This document shows, in pieces, positions 48,299-57,001 of a DNA stretch of 64,000 bases; within the stretch, counting starts at the first letter, position 1, and each line of letters opens with the position of its first letter. Source of the stretch: a bacterium (lineage in GTDB: Bacteria > Electryoneota > JAOADG01). The stretch covers positions 11,678 to 75,677 of the forward strand of contig JAOADG010000024.1 of assembly GCA_026417415.1 (NCBI GenBank), in the 5' to 3' direction. Made by a program: the position numbers and the translations under genes. The notes under the pieces were generated by a model. It saw only the letters and a list, made by a program, of their open reading frames with translations, ran no database searches and was not told the DNA's origin.

Positions 48299-48579
48299 AA
48301 CGACCTAAGTAAACTAAACTATACAGAATGATTATTTAACAAATAAATATACGATTTTTTCTAAAATAATGCAAAGAAAAACAGACAATACTATTCTTAA
48401 ATTAGAAAACATTGTCACTTTAGATAAAACAGGAATTTGAAAAAAGCTTTCAGTTTTGTGGAATTCGTATTTTTCTATGTACCATTTTCCGTTAAGGTTG
48501 AAATAACATTTTCAAATTTTCAATGGTTTAAACAATAGTTTCAAGAACAATCCATCTGCATAAAACCACGGAGTAAATC

Positions 48580-49533
48580 ATGTCAAAATCACTCAATGAA
48601 CGTTACGTAGTCATTCTTGGTTCCGGTCCTGCAGGTTTGACTGCTGCATTGTACACTGCAAGAGCCAATTTAAAACCATTGGTTTTTGAGGGTCCACAAC
48701 CGGGTGGTCAACTTACGATCACAACAGATGTTGAAAATTTTCCCGGTTTTGAGCATGGGATATTAGGACCTGAACTTATGGATACCATGCACAGACAAGC
48801 TGAACGCTTTGGGGCTGAATTCATCATGGATGAAGTGATTGATCTGGATATTGAACACGGTTTCCCGTTTACTGTAAGGACAAGAGAATTTGAAGTGAAA
48901 ACCCAATCTTTAATCATCGCTACTGGGGCATCTGCCAAATTACTTGGAATACCATCAGAAAAAGAGCTAATGGGGTATGGGGTTAGCGCCTGTGCAACCT
49001 GCGACGGTTTTTTCTTTAGAGATAAAGAGATTGCTGTGGTCGGTGGGGGTGATACTGCGATGGAAGAAGCAATATTTTTAACCAAATTTGCCTCCAAAGT
49101 GACGATAATTCATAGGCGAGAGGTTTTTCGTGCTTCAAAAGTAATGTTAGAGCGTGCCAGAAATAATCCTAAAATCCAATGGTTGCTCAATTATACCATT
49201 GAAGAAATTTTAGGTACTAAAGAAAAAGGGGTACACGGGGTGATTCTGAAGAATACTAAAGACCATTCTACTATAGAGTACCCAATTCAAGGGCTATTCA
49301 TTGGAATAGGGCACCAGCCAAACACGTCATTATTCAATGGAAAACTACCGATGGACGAAAACGGTTATTTAAAAGTTCAACCGTTTAGTACCCGTACTGT
49401 TATCCAAGGGGTATATGCTGCAGGAGATGTGGCGGATCACGTGTACCGTCAGGCGGTTACTGCTGCCGGGACTGGATGTATGGCTGCTATTGATTGTGAA
49501 AGAGATTTAGCAGCAAGAGGAATCCCTGAATAA
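48580..49533 (+). CDS. trxB: thioredoxin-disulfide reductase
   Basis: FAD GSGPAG; redox-active CATCDGFFF; NADPH GGGDTAMEEA. Confidence 0.9.
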   Translation: MSKSLNERYVVILGSGPAGLTAALYTARANLKPLVFEGPQPGGQLTITTDVENFPGFEHGILGPELMDTMHRQAERFGAEFIMDEVIDLDIEHGFPFTVRTREFEVKTQSLIIATGASAKLLGIPSEKELMGYGVSACATCDGFFFRDKEIAVVGGGDTAMEEAIFLTKFASKVTIIHRREVFRASKVMLERARNNPKIQWLLNYTIEEILGTKEKGVHGVILKNTKDHSTIEYPIQGLFIGIGHQPNTSLFNGKLPMDENGYLKVQPFSTRTVIQGVYAAGDVADHVYRQAVTAAGTGCMAAIDCERDLAARGIPE

Positions 49534-49535
49534 AA

Positions 49536-50096
49536 ATGATTTTGGAAAAACCTAACGAAGGTCATTCTGAATCTGTCCCTCGAAATTGGATTCAGGAACA
49601 ATTTGATCAAGACCCTTTGATACAAGATGAAATTGAAATAGAAGGGGTTGCTAAAGATGAATATGAATCCATTGAAGATCCCTTTCATACGTTCGCCTTT
49701 GAAACCAAAAGTATCGCTAAGGAAAGATTGGCTGAAGAACTTGCACCGTGGTTGACTCAGCCCATTCCTCAAGATGGCTATTTCCCGACCATTCCAATAG
49801 AAGAGATAAAAGAAAACGTACCTATTTCTTTGATGGTTTTCAATCGAAGGGTAGTGATTGTAAAATATGAACATTCAAAAATTGTTGTATTTGATGATGT
49901 TTGTCCTCATGCTGGTGCAATCTTAAGCAACGGTATCGTTGAAAAAAATACAATCACTTGTATATGGCACGGATGGGTATTTCAGTTAGATGACGGTTCA
50001 ACAGAAAACCACAAAATCGCAAGATTAAAAATTTATCCTTACGAGATTAGAAACGGAATTTTGTTTATCGGACTTTTGCTAAATTCTCAAAGTTAA
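49536..50096 (+). CDS. Rieske [2Fe-2S] domain protein with acidic N-terminal extension (NirD-like)
   Basis: CPHAG...(18)...CIWHGW Rieske box in C-terminal half; N-terminal ~100 aa acidic. Starts 2 nt after trxB stop. Confidence 0.7.
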   Translation: MILEKPNEGHSESVPRNWIQEQFDQDPLIQDEIEIEGVAKDEYESIEDPFHTFAFETKSIAKERLAEELAPWLTQPIPQDGYFPTIPIEEIKENVPISLMVFNRRVVIVKYEHSKIVVFDDVCPHAGAILSNGIVEKNTITCIWHGWVFQLDDGSTENHKIARLKIYPYEIRNGILFIGLLLNSQS

Positions 50097-50109
50097 AAGG
50101 GGGTTGTGA

Positions 50110-50745
50110 ATGAATATTCTTCATGAAAACATTGCAGAATACTTATTAAGTTTACATGAAAGCCAGTTTAGTAATCCAGTATTAAAAGAAATGGAGGACT
50201 TAGCAAAAGAAAAGAAATTTCCTATCATCGGACCGATCGTTGGAAATTTATTGTCTATCTGTGCCAAAATGGTCCAAGCCCGAAAAATTCTTGAATTGGG
50301 AAGCGGTTACGGTTATTCTGCTTTTTGGTTTGCTTTAGCCATTGGAAAAAATGGTGAAATCCTTTGTACGGATGGTGAAGAAAAAAATAAAGAACTGGCG
50401 TTTCATTTTTTTCAAAAGGGAAAAATTGAAACCAAAATTGAGTACCGAATTGGAGATGCACTAACAATTGCAAAAAACCTAAAAGAAAAATTTGATTTGA
50501 TTTTTTGTGATATAGACAAACAAGAGTACCATCTTGTGATTGATCTCGCTAATGATTTACTTGATACTGGAGGGCTTTTAATATTTGATAATGCACTTTG
50601 GTCGGGAAAAGTGTTAGATGAATCGGCAAATGATGAGGCAACCCAAGGTGTAAAATTGCTCAATCAAACCATCTTTTCCGATACTCGTTTTCAATCTACC
50701 ATTGTACCGATTCGAGATGGTGTACTGATCGCAAGAAAGAATTAA
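50110..50745 (+). CDS. class I SAM-dependent O-methyltransferase (family 3)
   Basis: ILELGSGYGYSAFW motif I and overall CCoAOMT-like layout. Confidence 0.7.
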   Translation: MNILHENIAEYLLSLHESQFSNPVLKEMEDLAKEKKFPIIGPIVGNLLSICAKMVQARKILELGSGYGYSAFWFALAIGKNGEILCTDGEEKNKELAFHFFQKGKIETKIEYRIGDALTIAKNLKEKFDLIFCDIDKQEYHLVIDLANDLLDTGGLLIFDNALWSGKVLDESANDEATQGVKLLNQTIFSDTRFQSTIVPIRDGVLIARKN

Positions 50746-51308
50746 TTCAATATCGGTGTGGGGGGATAGAAAGCCAAAGCGAAGTACTCACCTCCTAATG
50801 TTTTAAGTAATATCCGCCACAAATCTTCTGCAGGAAGATCAAACAATTGGGAAAGATTGCAACGGATAAGAATCCAACCTCCAACCTCAATCTCTTTCAA
50901 CAATTGTTTTTTACTCCAACCTGCATAACCTGCACAGAAGCGAATGTCATTTAGGGTCGCCTGCTGGGTTTGGAGGTATTCTGCAAATTCTTCCAATTCA
51001 CCGCCCCAATACAATTTCTCTTTGACCAATTTGGATCCTGATATTTTTGGTCCTATCCGATGGAGGATATGTAAAGAATCTCGGCGTACAGGACCCCCTT
51101 CATAGAGAATTCCTTCAATAGGTGTACCTTCTAAAACTTCAGATAACGTATGATCTAAAGGTCGGTTGAGAATTAATCCATATGCTCCTTCATCATTGAA
51201 TTCGCAGAGCAACACCACTGTACGATAAAAATGAGGGTCTTCAATTATGGGATGTGCAATTAAAACACAACCATTTTCCGGATGTTCAATTTGTGTTACA
51301 CGAATCAT
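50742..51308 (-). CDS. YqgE/AlgH family protein (UPF0301)
   Basis: CVLIAHPIIEDPHFYRTVVLLCEFNDEGAYGLILNRP signature. Confidence 0.8.
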   Translation of the reverse strand: MIRVTQIEHPENGCVLIAHPIIEDPHFYRTVVLLCEFNDEGAYGLILNRPLDHTLSEVLEGTPIEGILYEGGPVRRDSLHILHRIGPKISGSKLVKEKLYWGGELEEFAEYLQTQQATLNDIRFCAGYAGWSKKQLLKEIEVGGWILIRCNLSQLFDLPAEDLWRILLKTLGGEYFALAFYPPTPILN

Positions 51309-51365
51309 ACTTGGCTAAGAACCTCAAAAAGAATAAATTGAAAAAACCAAGACGACGGTTCCCAG

Positions 51366-53234
51366 ATGCTACCTCATTCTTTTATACGAAATTTACAAAA
51401 AACTTTTCATTTTTCCTTGTGTAGAAAAATAATCATCATTCTTTTAGCAAGTGCTGCTCCCTATCACATTTTTGCTCAAGGTGCTACCATTCCTATTTCT
51501 TCATCAATCTATCCATTTTTAGAAAGATTAGAAACATTCCAAACTGCAAAAAAAACTCTACCATCTCACCGTCCTTTGACCCGAATAGAAGCAGCGCAAT
51601 TTTTATTATCCGTGGATACCACTCAACTAACGCCAATTGATAAACAGAAGTTCGCTCAATTTCTCAATGAACTGCATTTTGAAGTGAACCAATCATTTTC
51701 CAAAAAACACAGTAAAAAAACAAGTTGGACAAAAAAGAAACTATTTTTTTGGTTGCCTAAAGGGATTTATGAATCGCACAATGATTTTTTTCACTTCAAA
51801 AAGCAAGAATTTGCTATAAGAATAAATCCGAGAATACGAATGGACTATACAAAAAGTCCGTCCAAAGATTGGAATCGTCAACAAAGGATAGGGTTAGGAT
51901 GGTCGTTCCAAAGTCAATGGAACGAAATAGGTGTAAGCTTTCGTTACTTAGATCATATGGATAAGGTTCCCTCTAAAAATGCGATGACTTTTCGTGAATG
52001 GAGAATCTTCGGAAATTCAGATATAGCATTCCAAGGTGAATCAGAAAGTTATCTCACACGTAATCCACAAGATTGGACTAAAGAAAAAACAAGTGAAGAA
52101 TACATAGTATCTACAGCATCTTTATCCTACACATGGAAAACACTCAATTTTTTAATAGGGCGAGAAACAGTAGGTTGGGGACCGGGTGTACGACAAAAAT
52201 TGATGTTAGGACAGCAAATTTCCCCTATTGACCAACTCCGTTTGGATTTTCAATTACTTGATAATCTGCGTTTTGTTTACTTACATGGTTGGTTGCTCAA
52301 CGATCCACCCGTTACCGATACAATGGACTTCCCTGAGGATGCAAAGCCGAGAGTACTTGATAGACAAAGATATGTGGCTGCACATCGCTTGGAATGGAGA
52401 ATGAAGAAATGGATAACAATCGGATTATCCGAATCGGTAATCTATGGGGATCGCGCACCAGAATTACCTTATTTAATCCCAATAAACCTTTTCTATGCTA
52501 CTGAGCATAATCGAAGAGATAACGATAACAAATCTTTAGCAGTAGATGTGAAATTTCAAGCCATTCCAAAACAATGGTTGTATGGTGGAATATGGATAGA
52601 CGATCTAACAACGGGAAAACTGGGTACGGGCTTTATTCAAAATAAATTCGGTTACCTTGTAGGTTCAATACTGTATGATCCACTAACCTTGAAAAATTCA
52701 CGTTTTGTATTTGAATATGCACGGATGGATCCCTTTGCTGGGTCGCATTTTTATCAAATTAATCGTTATGAACATTGGGGGAAACCGCTTGGATTGGATT
52801 TGCTTCCTCATTCTGATCAATGGTCCCTTTTAGCAGAATGGGAACCTTTTTCAGATTGGAAAATCTATCTCGAATCGACAACAACCAGACACATTGATTC
52901 TACAATACTAGGCGATCTAACCTTAGCATCTGGTAGTTTATTTTCACATTACCCACCGGCTGCATATCATAGTTCACTTCAATTCGGGAATGGTAGAGGG
53001 CGGAATGTTCACGATTTGCAAGCGACTATTTCGTACGAACTTTTTGAACATTGTTTCATAATGGTGAAATGGAGACAAAAAAGGATAGGCGTGTTCAATA
53101 CACAAAATAGCGGATCCATATCCAATCAAAAACACAATTCCTATTTACCCGGTCTATTTGATTGGTCAAATAAACACTATTCACAAACTTATAGTCAATG
53201 GGTCCTATCGTTCTTGTTCAATTTTGACCGTTGA
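51366..53234 (+). CDS. secreted outer-membrane protein, possibly capsule-assembly Wzi-like
   Basis: Signal peptide; N-terminal IYPFLERLE resembles Wzi YxxLxRL; aromatic-rich beta-strand periodicity. Family call is tentative. Confidence 0.35.
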   Translation: MLPHSFIRNLQKTFHFSLCRKIIIILLASAAPYHIFAQGATIPISSSIYPFLERLETFQTAKKTLPSHRPLTRIEAAQFLLSVDTTQLTPIDKQKFAQFLNELHFEVNQSFSKKHSKKTSWTKKKLFFWLPKGIYESHNDFFHFKKQEFAIRINPRIRMDYTKSPSKDWNRQQRIGLGWSFQSQWNEIGVSFRYLDHMDKVPSKNAMTFREWRIFGNSDIAFQGESESYLTRNPQDWTKEKTSEEYIVSTASLSYTWKTLNFLIGRETVGWGPGVRQKLMLGQQISPIDQLRLDFQLLDNLRFVYLHGWLLNDPPVTDTMDFPEDAKPRVLDRQRYVAAHRLEWRMKKWITIGLSESVIYGDRAPELPYLIPINLFYATEHNRRDNDNKSLAVDVKFQAIPKQWLYGGIWIDDLTTGKLGTGFIQNKFGYLVGSILYDPLTLKNSRFVFEYARMDPFAGSHFYQINRYEHWGKPLGLDLLPHSDQWSLLAEWEPFSDWKIYLESTTTRHIDSTILGDLTLASGSLFSHYPPAAYHSSLQFGNGRGRNVHDLQATISYELFEHCFIMVKWRQKRIGVFNTQNSGSISNQKHNSYLPGLFDWSNKHYSQTYSQWVLSFLFNFDR

Positions 53235-53902
53235 GTTTGATTTGTGTCTGATTGATGAGCACTTGGACAATAATTAGAAAGAAAGCAACCTTTGCAATTA
53301 GGTTTTCTTGCAGTACAAACATTTCTTCCATGGTGTATCAATTGATGTGATAACGGTATCCAAAGTTCACGGGGAACCCAATTCATTAACTCTTTTTCAA
53401 TTCGATCAGCGGTTTTAGAGGCTACGAATTGTAATCGTTGAGATAAACGACTCACATGGGTATCTACAACAATCCCTTCGGCTTTACCAAAAGCAGCCCC
53501 TAAAACTACAGATGCAGTTTTTCGGCCTACTCCACTTAAGGTTAATAATTCTTCCATACTAGATGGAACTTGACCATCAAATCGTTCAAGCAATTGTTGA
53601 CTCATTTGATGAATCATTTTCGCTTTGTTAACAAAAAAACCAGTCGGTTTGATGATGGTTTGTAAAGTTGGTAATGGCAATGATACCATCGCTTGAGGTG
53701 TTGGAGCGACTGCAAAAAGTTTTGGTGTTACTTTGTTGACCATTCCATCGGTACACTGGGCAGATAAAATGGTAGCGACCAACAACTGAAAAGCATTTTG
53801 ATGATACAATGCGCATTGAGCAGTGGGATAATTTTCTGATAGCAACCTTAAAATGGTATGACGGCGTTTTAATTCTTTTGTATATTTTGAAGAAGCAGTC
53901 AT
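53195..53902 (-). CDS. nth: endonuclease III
   Basis: HhH-GPD LSGVGRKTASVV; catalytic VDTHV; 4Fe-4S CTARKPNCKGCFLSNYC. ATG at 53902 preferred over track GTG 54034. Confidence 0.85.
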   Translation of the reverse strand: MTASSKYTKELKRRHTILRLLSENYPTAQCALYHQNAFQLLVATILSAQCTDGMVNKVTPKLFAVAPTPQAMVSLPLPTLQTIIKPTGFFVNKAKMIHQMSQQLLERFDGQVPSSMEELLTLSGVGRKTASVVLGAAFGKAEGIVVDTHVSRLSQRLQFVASKTADRIEKELMNWVPRELWIPLSHQLIHHGRNVCTARKPNCKGCFLSNYCPSAHQSDTNQTQRSKLNKNDRTH

Positions 53903-53932
53903 TTTTTGTCTAACATTAAAATTGAGGTCGCG

Positions 53933-54826
53933 ATGTTCCGAACCATCCTTTTGCCTACAGATTTTTCTGAGCCATCGGCACGTGCTGCAAAATATGCTGC
54001 TGCCATTGCCATCAATGCAAGAGCAAATATACACGTGATTTCTATTGTAGAATCCAGAGCATTTGAAGAGGATCTAAAACCTTTACTCAAACAGTTCATC
54101 CATGATGCTGTTGATGAAACGTTATCTATTTTAGGAATACGAGAAAAACCTCATATCCAATTTGAATATACTACAATGGTAAACCAGTCACCTGCAAATG
54201 CAATTTTAGAAGCATCGCAAAAATATCAAGCGGATCTCATTGTAATGGGAACCCATAGTAGAACAGGAATACCTGCCTTGTTATTGGGTTCGGTAACAGA
54301 AAAAGTAATGCGTGGAACCACGGTTCCGTTAGTCGCTGTGGGAAGAGGTGAAAATCAACTTGAGAAATTTCATCAATTACCAAAAAAAATATTGGCCGCA
54401 ATAGATTTTTCAGAAGCATCCAAATTGGCTTTACAACAAGCGGTCCTTTTATCTCGCTTGTGGAATAGTACATTGCATATTTTGCATGTAATTGAAATGA
54501 CCATTAGTGTCCCTTATCCACCTGTAAGCATAGGGCCGGTTATCTCCACTGAACCTGAAATCGTTGAAAATACTAGACAAGCATTGGAGGCATTGGTCAG
54601 GGAATATGTTCCCGAAGGTATTCCCAATCAAGTCGTGATATTGGAAGGAGAACCTTGTCATCGCTTGTGTGTGTATTCTAAAGAAAAAGAAATTGAACTG
54701 ATCGTCATTGGAACACAAGGGCATTCTAAATTAGAGCGATGGCTACTAGGTTCAACGTGTGAAAAGTTACTAAAAAATGTAGAAATCCCTATTTGGATAC
54801 ATCCTCATCCAAATCGAATCAAATAG
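53933..54826 (+). CDS. tandem universal stress protein (two UspA domains)
   Basis: ILLPTDFSEPSARAAKYAA and ILAAIDFSEASKLALQQA N-termini; GTHSRTG and IGTQGHS ATP-binding loops. ATG 53933 (track TTG 53906). Confidence 0.8.
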   Translation: MFRTILLPTDFSEPSARAAKYAAAIAINARANIHVISIVESRAFEEDLKPLLKQFIHDAVDETLSILGIREKPHIQFEYTTMVNQSPANAILEASQKYQADLIVMGTHSRTGIPALLLGSVTEKVMRGTTVPLVAVGRGENQLEKFHQLPKKILAAIDFSEASKLALQQAVLLSRLWNSTLHILHVIEMTISVPYPPVSIGPVISTEPEIVENTRQALEALVREYVPEGIPNQVVILEGEPCHRLCVYSKEKEIELIVIGTQGHSKLERWLLGSTCEKLLKNVEIPIWIHPHPNRIK

Positions 54827-55535
54827 CCCACCCACCTGATAATATCAGATTTGTTCCTGTACAATAATGGGACTCATTTGAAAGTAAAAAACGTAAGGCA
54901 CCTAATAGATCATCGGGAGTACCTTTTCTCTGTAAAGGTATCTGTTCTGTAAAAAGATCATTTTCTTCATAAGTAAAAATTCCTGGTGAGATCATATTGA
55001 CTCGTACACCAAATTTTGCTTCGCTCCGAGCGAGAGTACGCATCAAGATCACCAATGCACTTTTAGAAGCGCTATACGGTAAAGTATGGATTTGACTATG
55101 AAATTGTTCATTATGAGCAACACCAAAAAAAATGAGTGTACCTTGTGTTTGACGAAGAAATGGAAGTGTTACTTGTGAAAGGTAATAATTTGCATAAAAA
55201 TTGGTGGCAAACATTAGTTCAATTTCTTGAGGTTGATAGGATAATGGCTCTTTTTGTAAAAAATCCCCTTGTAAAGCAACCACAGCATCCAATTGTTGAA
55301 AAGTTTGGATGCAGGTCTCTACTGCACTTTTAACTTCATTCAATTCAGTAACATCGGCTTGAAATTTTTTGGTTTCTAAACCAAGGGATTTGCACTTTTC
55401 AAGAAATGTGTCTGCTGCTTCAGAATTCTGTTTATAAATGACAAAAACATTTCCAAAATTCAAATCGCCTAAAATTTTATAAATTGTTCTTCCTAATCCA
55501 CCAATACCAACCAATAAAATTGTTTTACGTTTCAT
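54819..55535 (-). CDS. short-chain dehydrogenase/reductase (SDR)
   Basis: N-terminal Rossmann LVGIGGLGRTI; catalytic YSASKSAL. Confidence 0.75.
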   Translation of the reverse strand: MKRKTILLVGIGGLGRTIYKILGDLNFGNVFVIYKQNSEAADTFLEKCKSLGLETKKFQADVTELNEVKSAVETCIQTFQQLDAVVALQGDFLQKEPLSYQPQEIELMFATNFYANYYLSQVTLPFLRQTQGTLIFFGVAHNEQFHSQIHTLPYSASKSALVILMRTLARSEAKFGVRVNMISPGIFTYEENDLFTEQIPLQRKGTPDDLLGALRFLLSNESHYCTGTNLILSGGWAI

Positions 55536-55543
55536 TGTTCAAA

Positions 55544-56158
55544 CTAACTGATAAAAAAATCTGTTGTTGGTTCGGTCCATAACAGTACTCTACGAAATCC
55601 ATTTCGTTCTAAATAAACCGACTCGAGACGAAATGAATCCATGACTGTGAACAGGTGATTGCCATACCGCGCAGTTTTGCAAATGATTTTCCATTCTTCA
55701 TGGGTAGGAAAAAGAGGATAACGAAGGGATGGATGACCATTTCTAAAAGTGATTCGTCCTTCATCAATAATGGTAGCTACACCTACTTGAAACTGGGATT
55801 TACGTCGTAGTAATACTTCATAAGAACAATGATAAAAAATGGATTTCAATTCAGTCAAACGTAAGTGTGAAACCGACTGAAAATGACACTTAGGTAGAAT
55901 CAGTTCACTGGCAAGCAAGTTGGCCTCTTCTTCCTCTTGATTGGAAGGAAACGAGTTTTCATCGTGGTTAAGTAAAATGTGGGAAAGTTCATGACAAAAT
56001 GACCAATTTAAACGTTCATCATGATAATGTGCAGGTAAATGAATCCAATTGCCTACCTTATGAGGGACGGTATAGGAAAACCGAATAGAAACATGAACAT
56101 TGTATTCGTTACACAATCTCCGAATAAACGGAGTAGCACGTTCATCTACATCAATCAT
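55544..56158 (-). CDS. ImmA/IrrE-family (COG2856, DUF955) HEXXH metallopeptidase
   Basis: HELSHILLNH...EEEEANLLASELILP matches the ImmA/IrrE HEXXH...E.EAN.FA..LL.P signature. ATG 56158 overlaps the upstream stop (ATGA). Confidence 0.65.
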   Translation of the reverse strand: MIDVDERATPFIRRLCNEYNVHVSIRFSYTVPHKVGNWIHLPAHYHDERLNWSFCHELSHILLNHDENSFPSNQEEEEANLLASELILPKCHFQSVSHLRLTELKSIFYHCSYEVLLRRKSQFQVGVATIIDEGRITFRNGHPSLRYPLFPTHEEWKIICKTARYGNHLFTVMDSFRLESVYLERNGFRRVLLWTEPTTDFFIS

Positions 56159-56874
56159 CAAGTATATCCTAAAACTCTTCGAGTAAATTCTACAGCGGTA
56201 GGAATAATTAGTGAAGAGCGAGTAGAATGAAGGTGATGACGAACTCCATTTAAAATTTGCCATTCACCACCGCTTAATGAATCTGCCAATTTTTCTACTT
56301 CCGATGAGGTGATCCACTCATCTTGATCACCCGCTGTAACCAACACAGGAATTCGTACATCCAATAAATCGTCAACAGTTAAACCATTTTCTAAAACATC
56401 ATCAAAAAAAACCGAATTCATATGTAAGATTTCTATCCAACGATCACCAAATTGTTTCATCATGAATTCTTTTCGTCTTGGGCTTATAGTATCTACGGAA
56501 AGCTCATTGCGGAACTTATTGACATCTTTTTCGTTCCAGAAAAACTTTGTAGCGTGCATCCAGATCCCTTCAATGAAACCGGGATTCGTTCGCTCTATTT
56601 CTAAAGCAACGTATCCACCTAAACCATAACCCCATAGAACGACACGTTCTAATCCCAATGATTCTAATCGTTGGTAGGTATGTTCCACTAAATTGTGCAA
56701 ATGAAAAGAATCGGATTGAAAATCGCTACTTTGATACGGCCAATCAATCCCATTAGGTTGTAGTTGATAATGTTTAATGGACTCAAAGTGGGGTGACCAT
56801 TCCCCTTCTATCGTCCCGAGCAAATCAGGTAAAAGAACGACTGAATCTTGTGCTCGGCGCGATCCTGTTGGCAT
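56158..56874 (-). CDS. alpha/beta-hydrolase-fold protein, likely catalytically inactive
   Basis: Nucleophile-elbow position reads LWGYGLGGYVA (Gly where GxSxG Ser is expected). N-terminal HG motif is replaced by LLPDLLG. Confidence 0.6.
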   Translation of the reverse strand: MPTGSRRAQDSVVLLPDLLGTIEGEWSPHFESIKHYQLQPNGIDWPYQSSDFQSDSFHLHNLVEHTYQRLESLGLERVVLWGYGLGGYVALEIERTNPGFIEGIWMHATKFFWNEKDVNKFRNELSVDTISPRRKEFMMKQFGDRWIEILHMNSVFFDDVLENGLTVDDLLDVRIPVLVTAGDQDEWITSSEVEKLADSLSGGEWQILNGVRHHLHSTRSSLIIPTAVEFTRRVLGYT

Positions 56875-57001
56875 AAAAGAAATTCTCCTTCAAAATGGTG
56901 TTGTAAAATGAATTTAATCTTAGAAAATTACAAACAACATAGTATCTTCAATCGTCTAATTCTATTCGAATTGTATGGATTTTATAGAATGATATAACAG
57001 A

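Noticed and set aside
48299-48579. 281-nt AT-rich spacer between redoxin and trxB with repeated GGAATT words, considered as a possible sRNA or operator
   Set aside because: No stable hairpin, terminator or conserved box recognisable. Most simply explained as divergent promoters.
53903-54034. Longer endonuclease III model (GTG 54034)
   Set aside because: Adds 44 Cys-rich residues not found in Nth and runs through the usp start. ATG 53902 gives a normal-length Nth.
56159-56263. Longer ImmA-like model starting at 56263
   Set aside because: It would overlap the hydrolase gene by 106 nt and adds a low-complexity junk N-terminus. ATG 56158 gives an ATGA coupling.
56958-56972. Possible DtxR/MntR operator upstream of the permease-DtxR fusion
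   Set aside because: Only an 8-bp palindrome (ATTCGAAT) in an AT-rich spacer. Too short to call without a genome-wide motif search.
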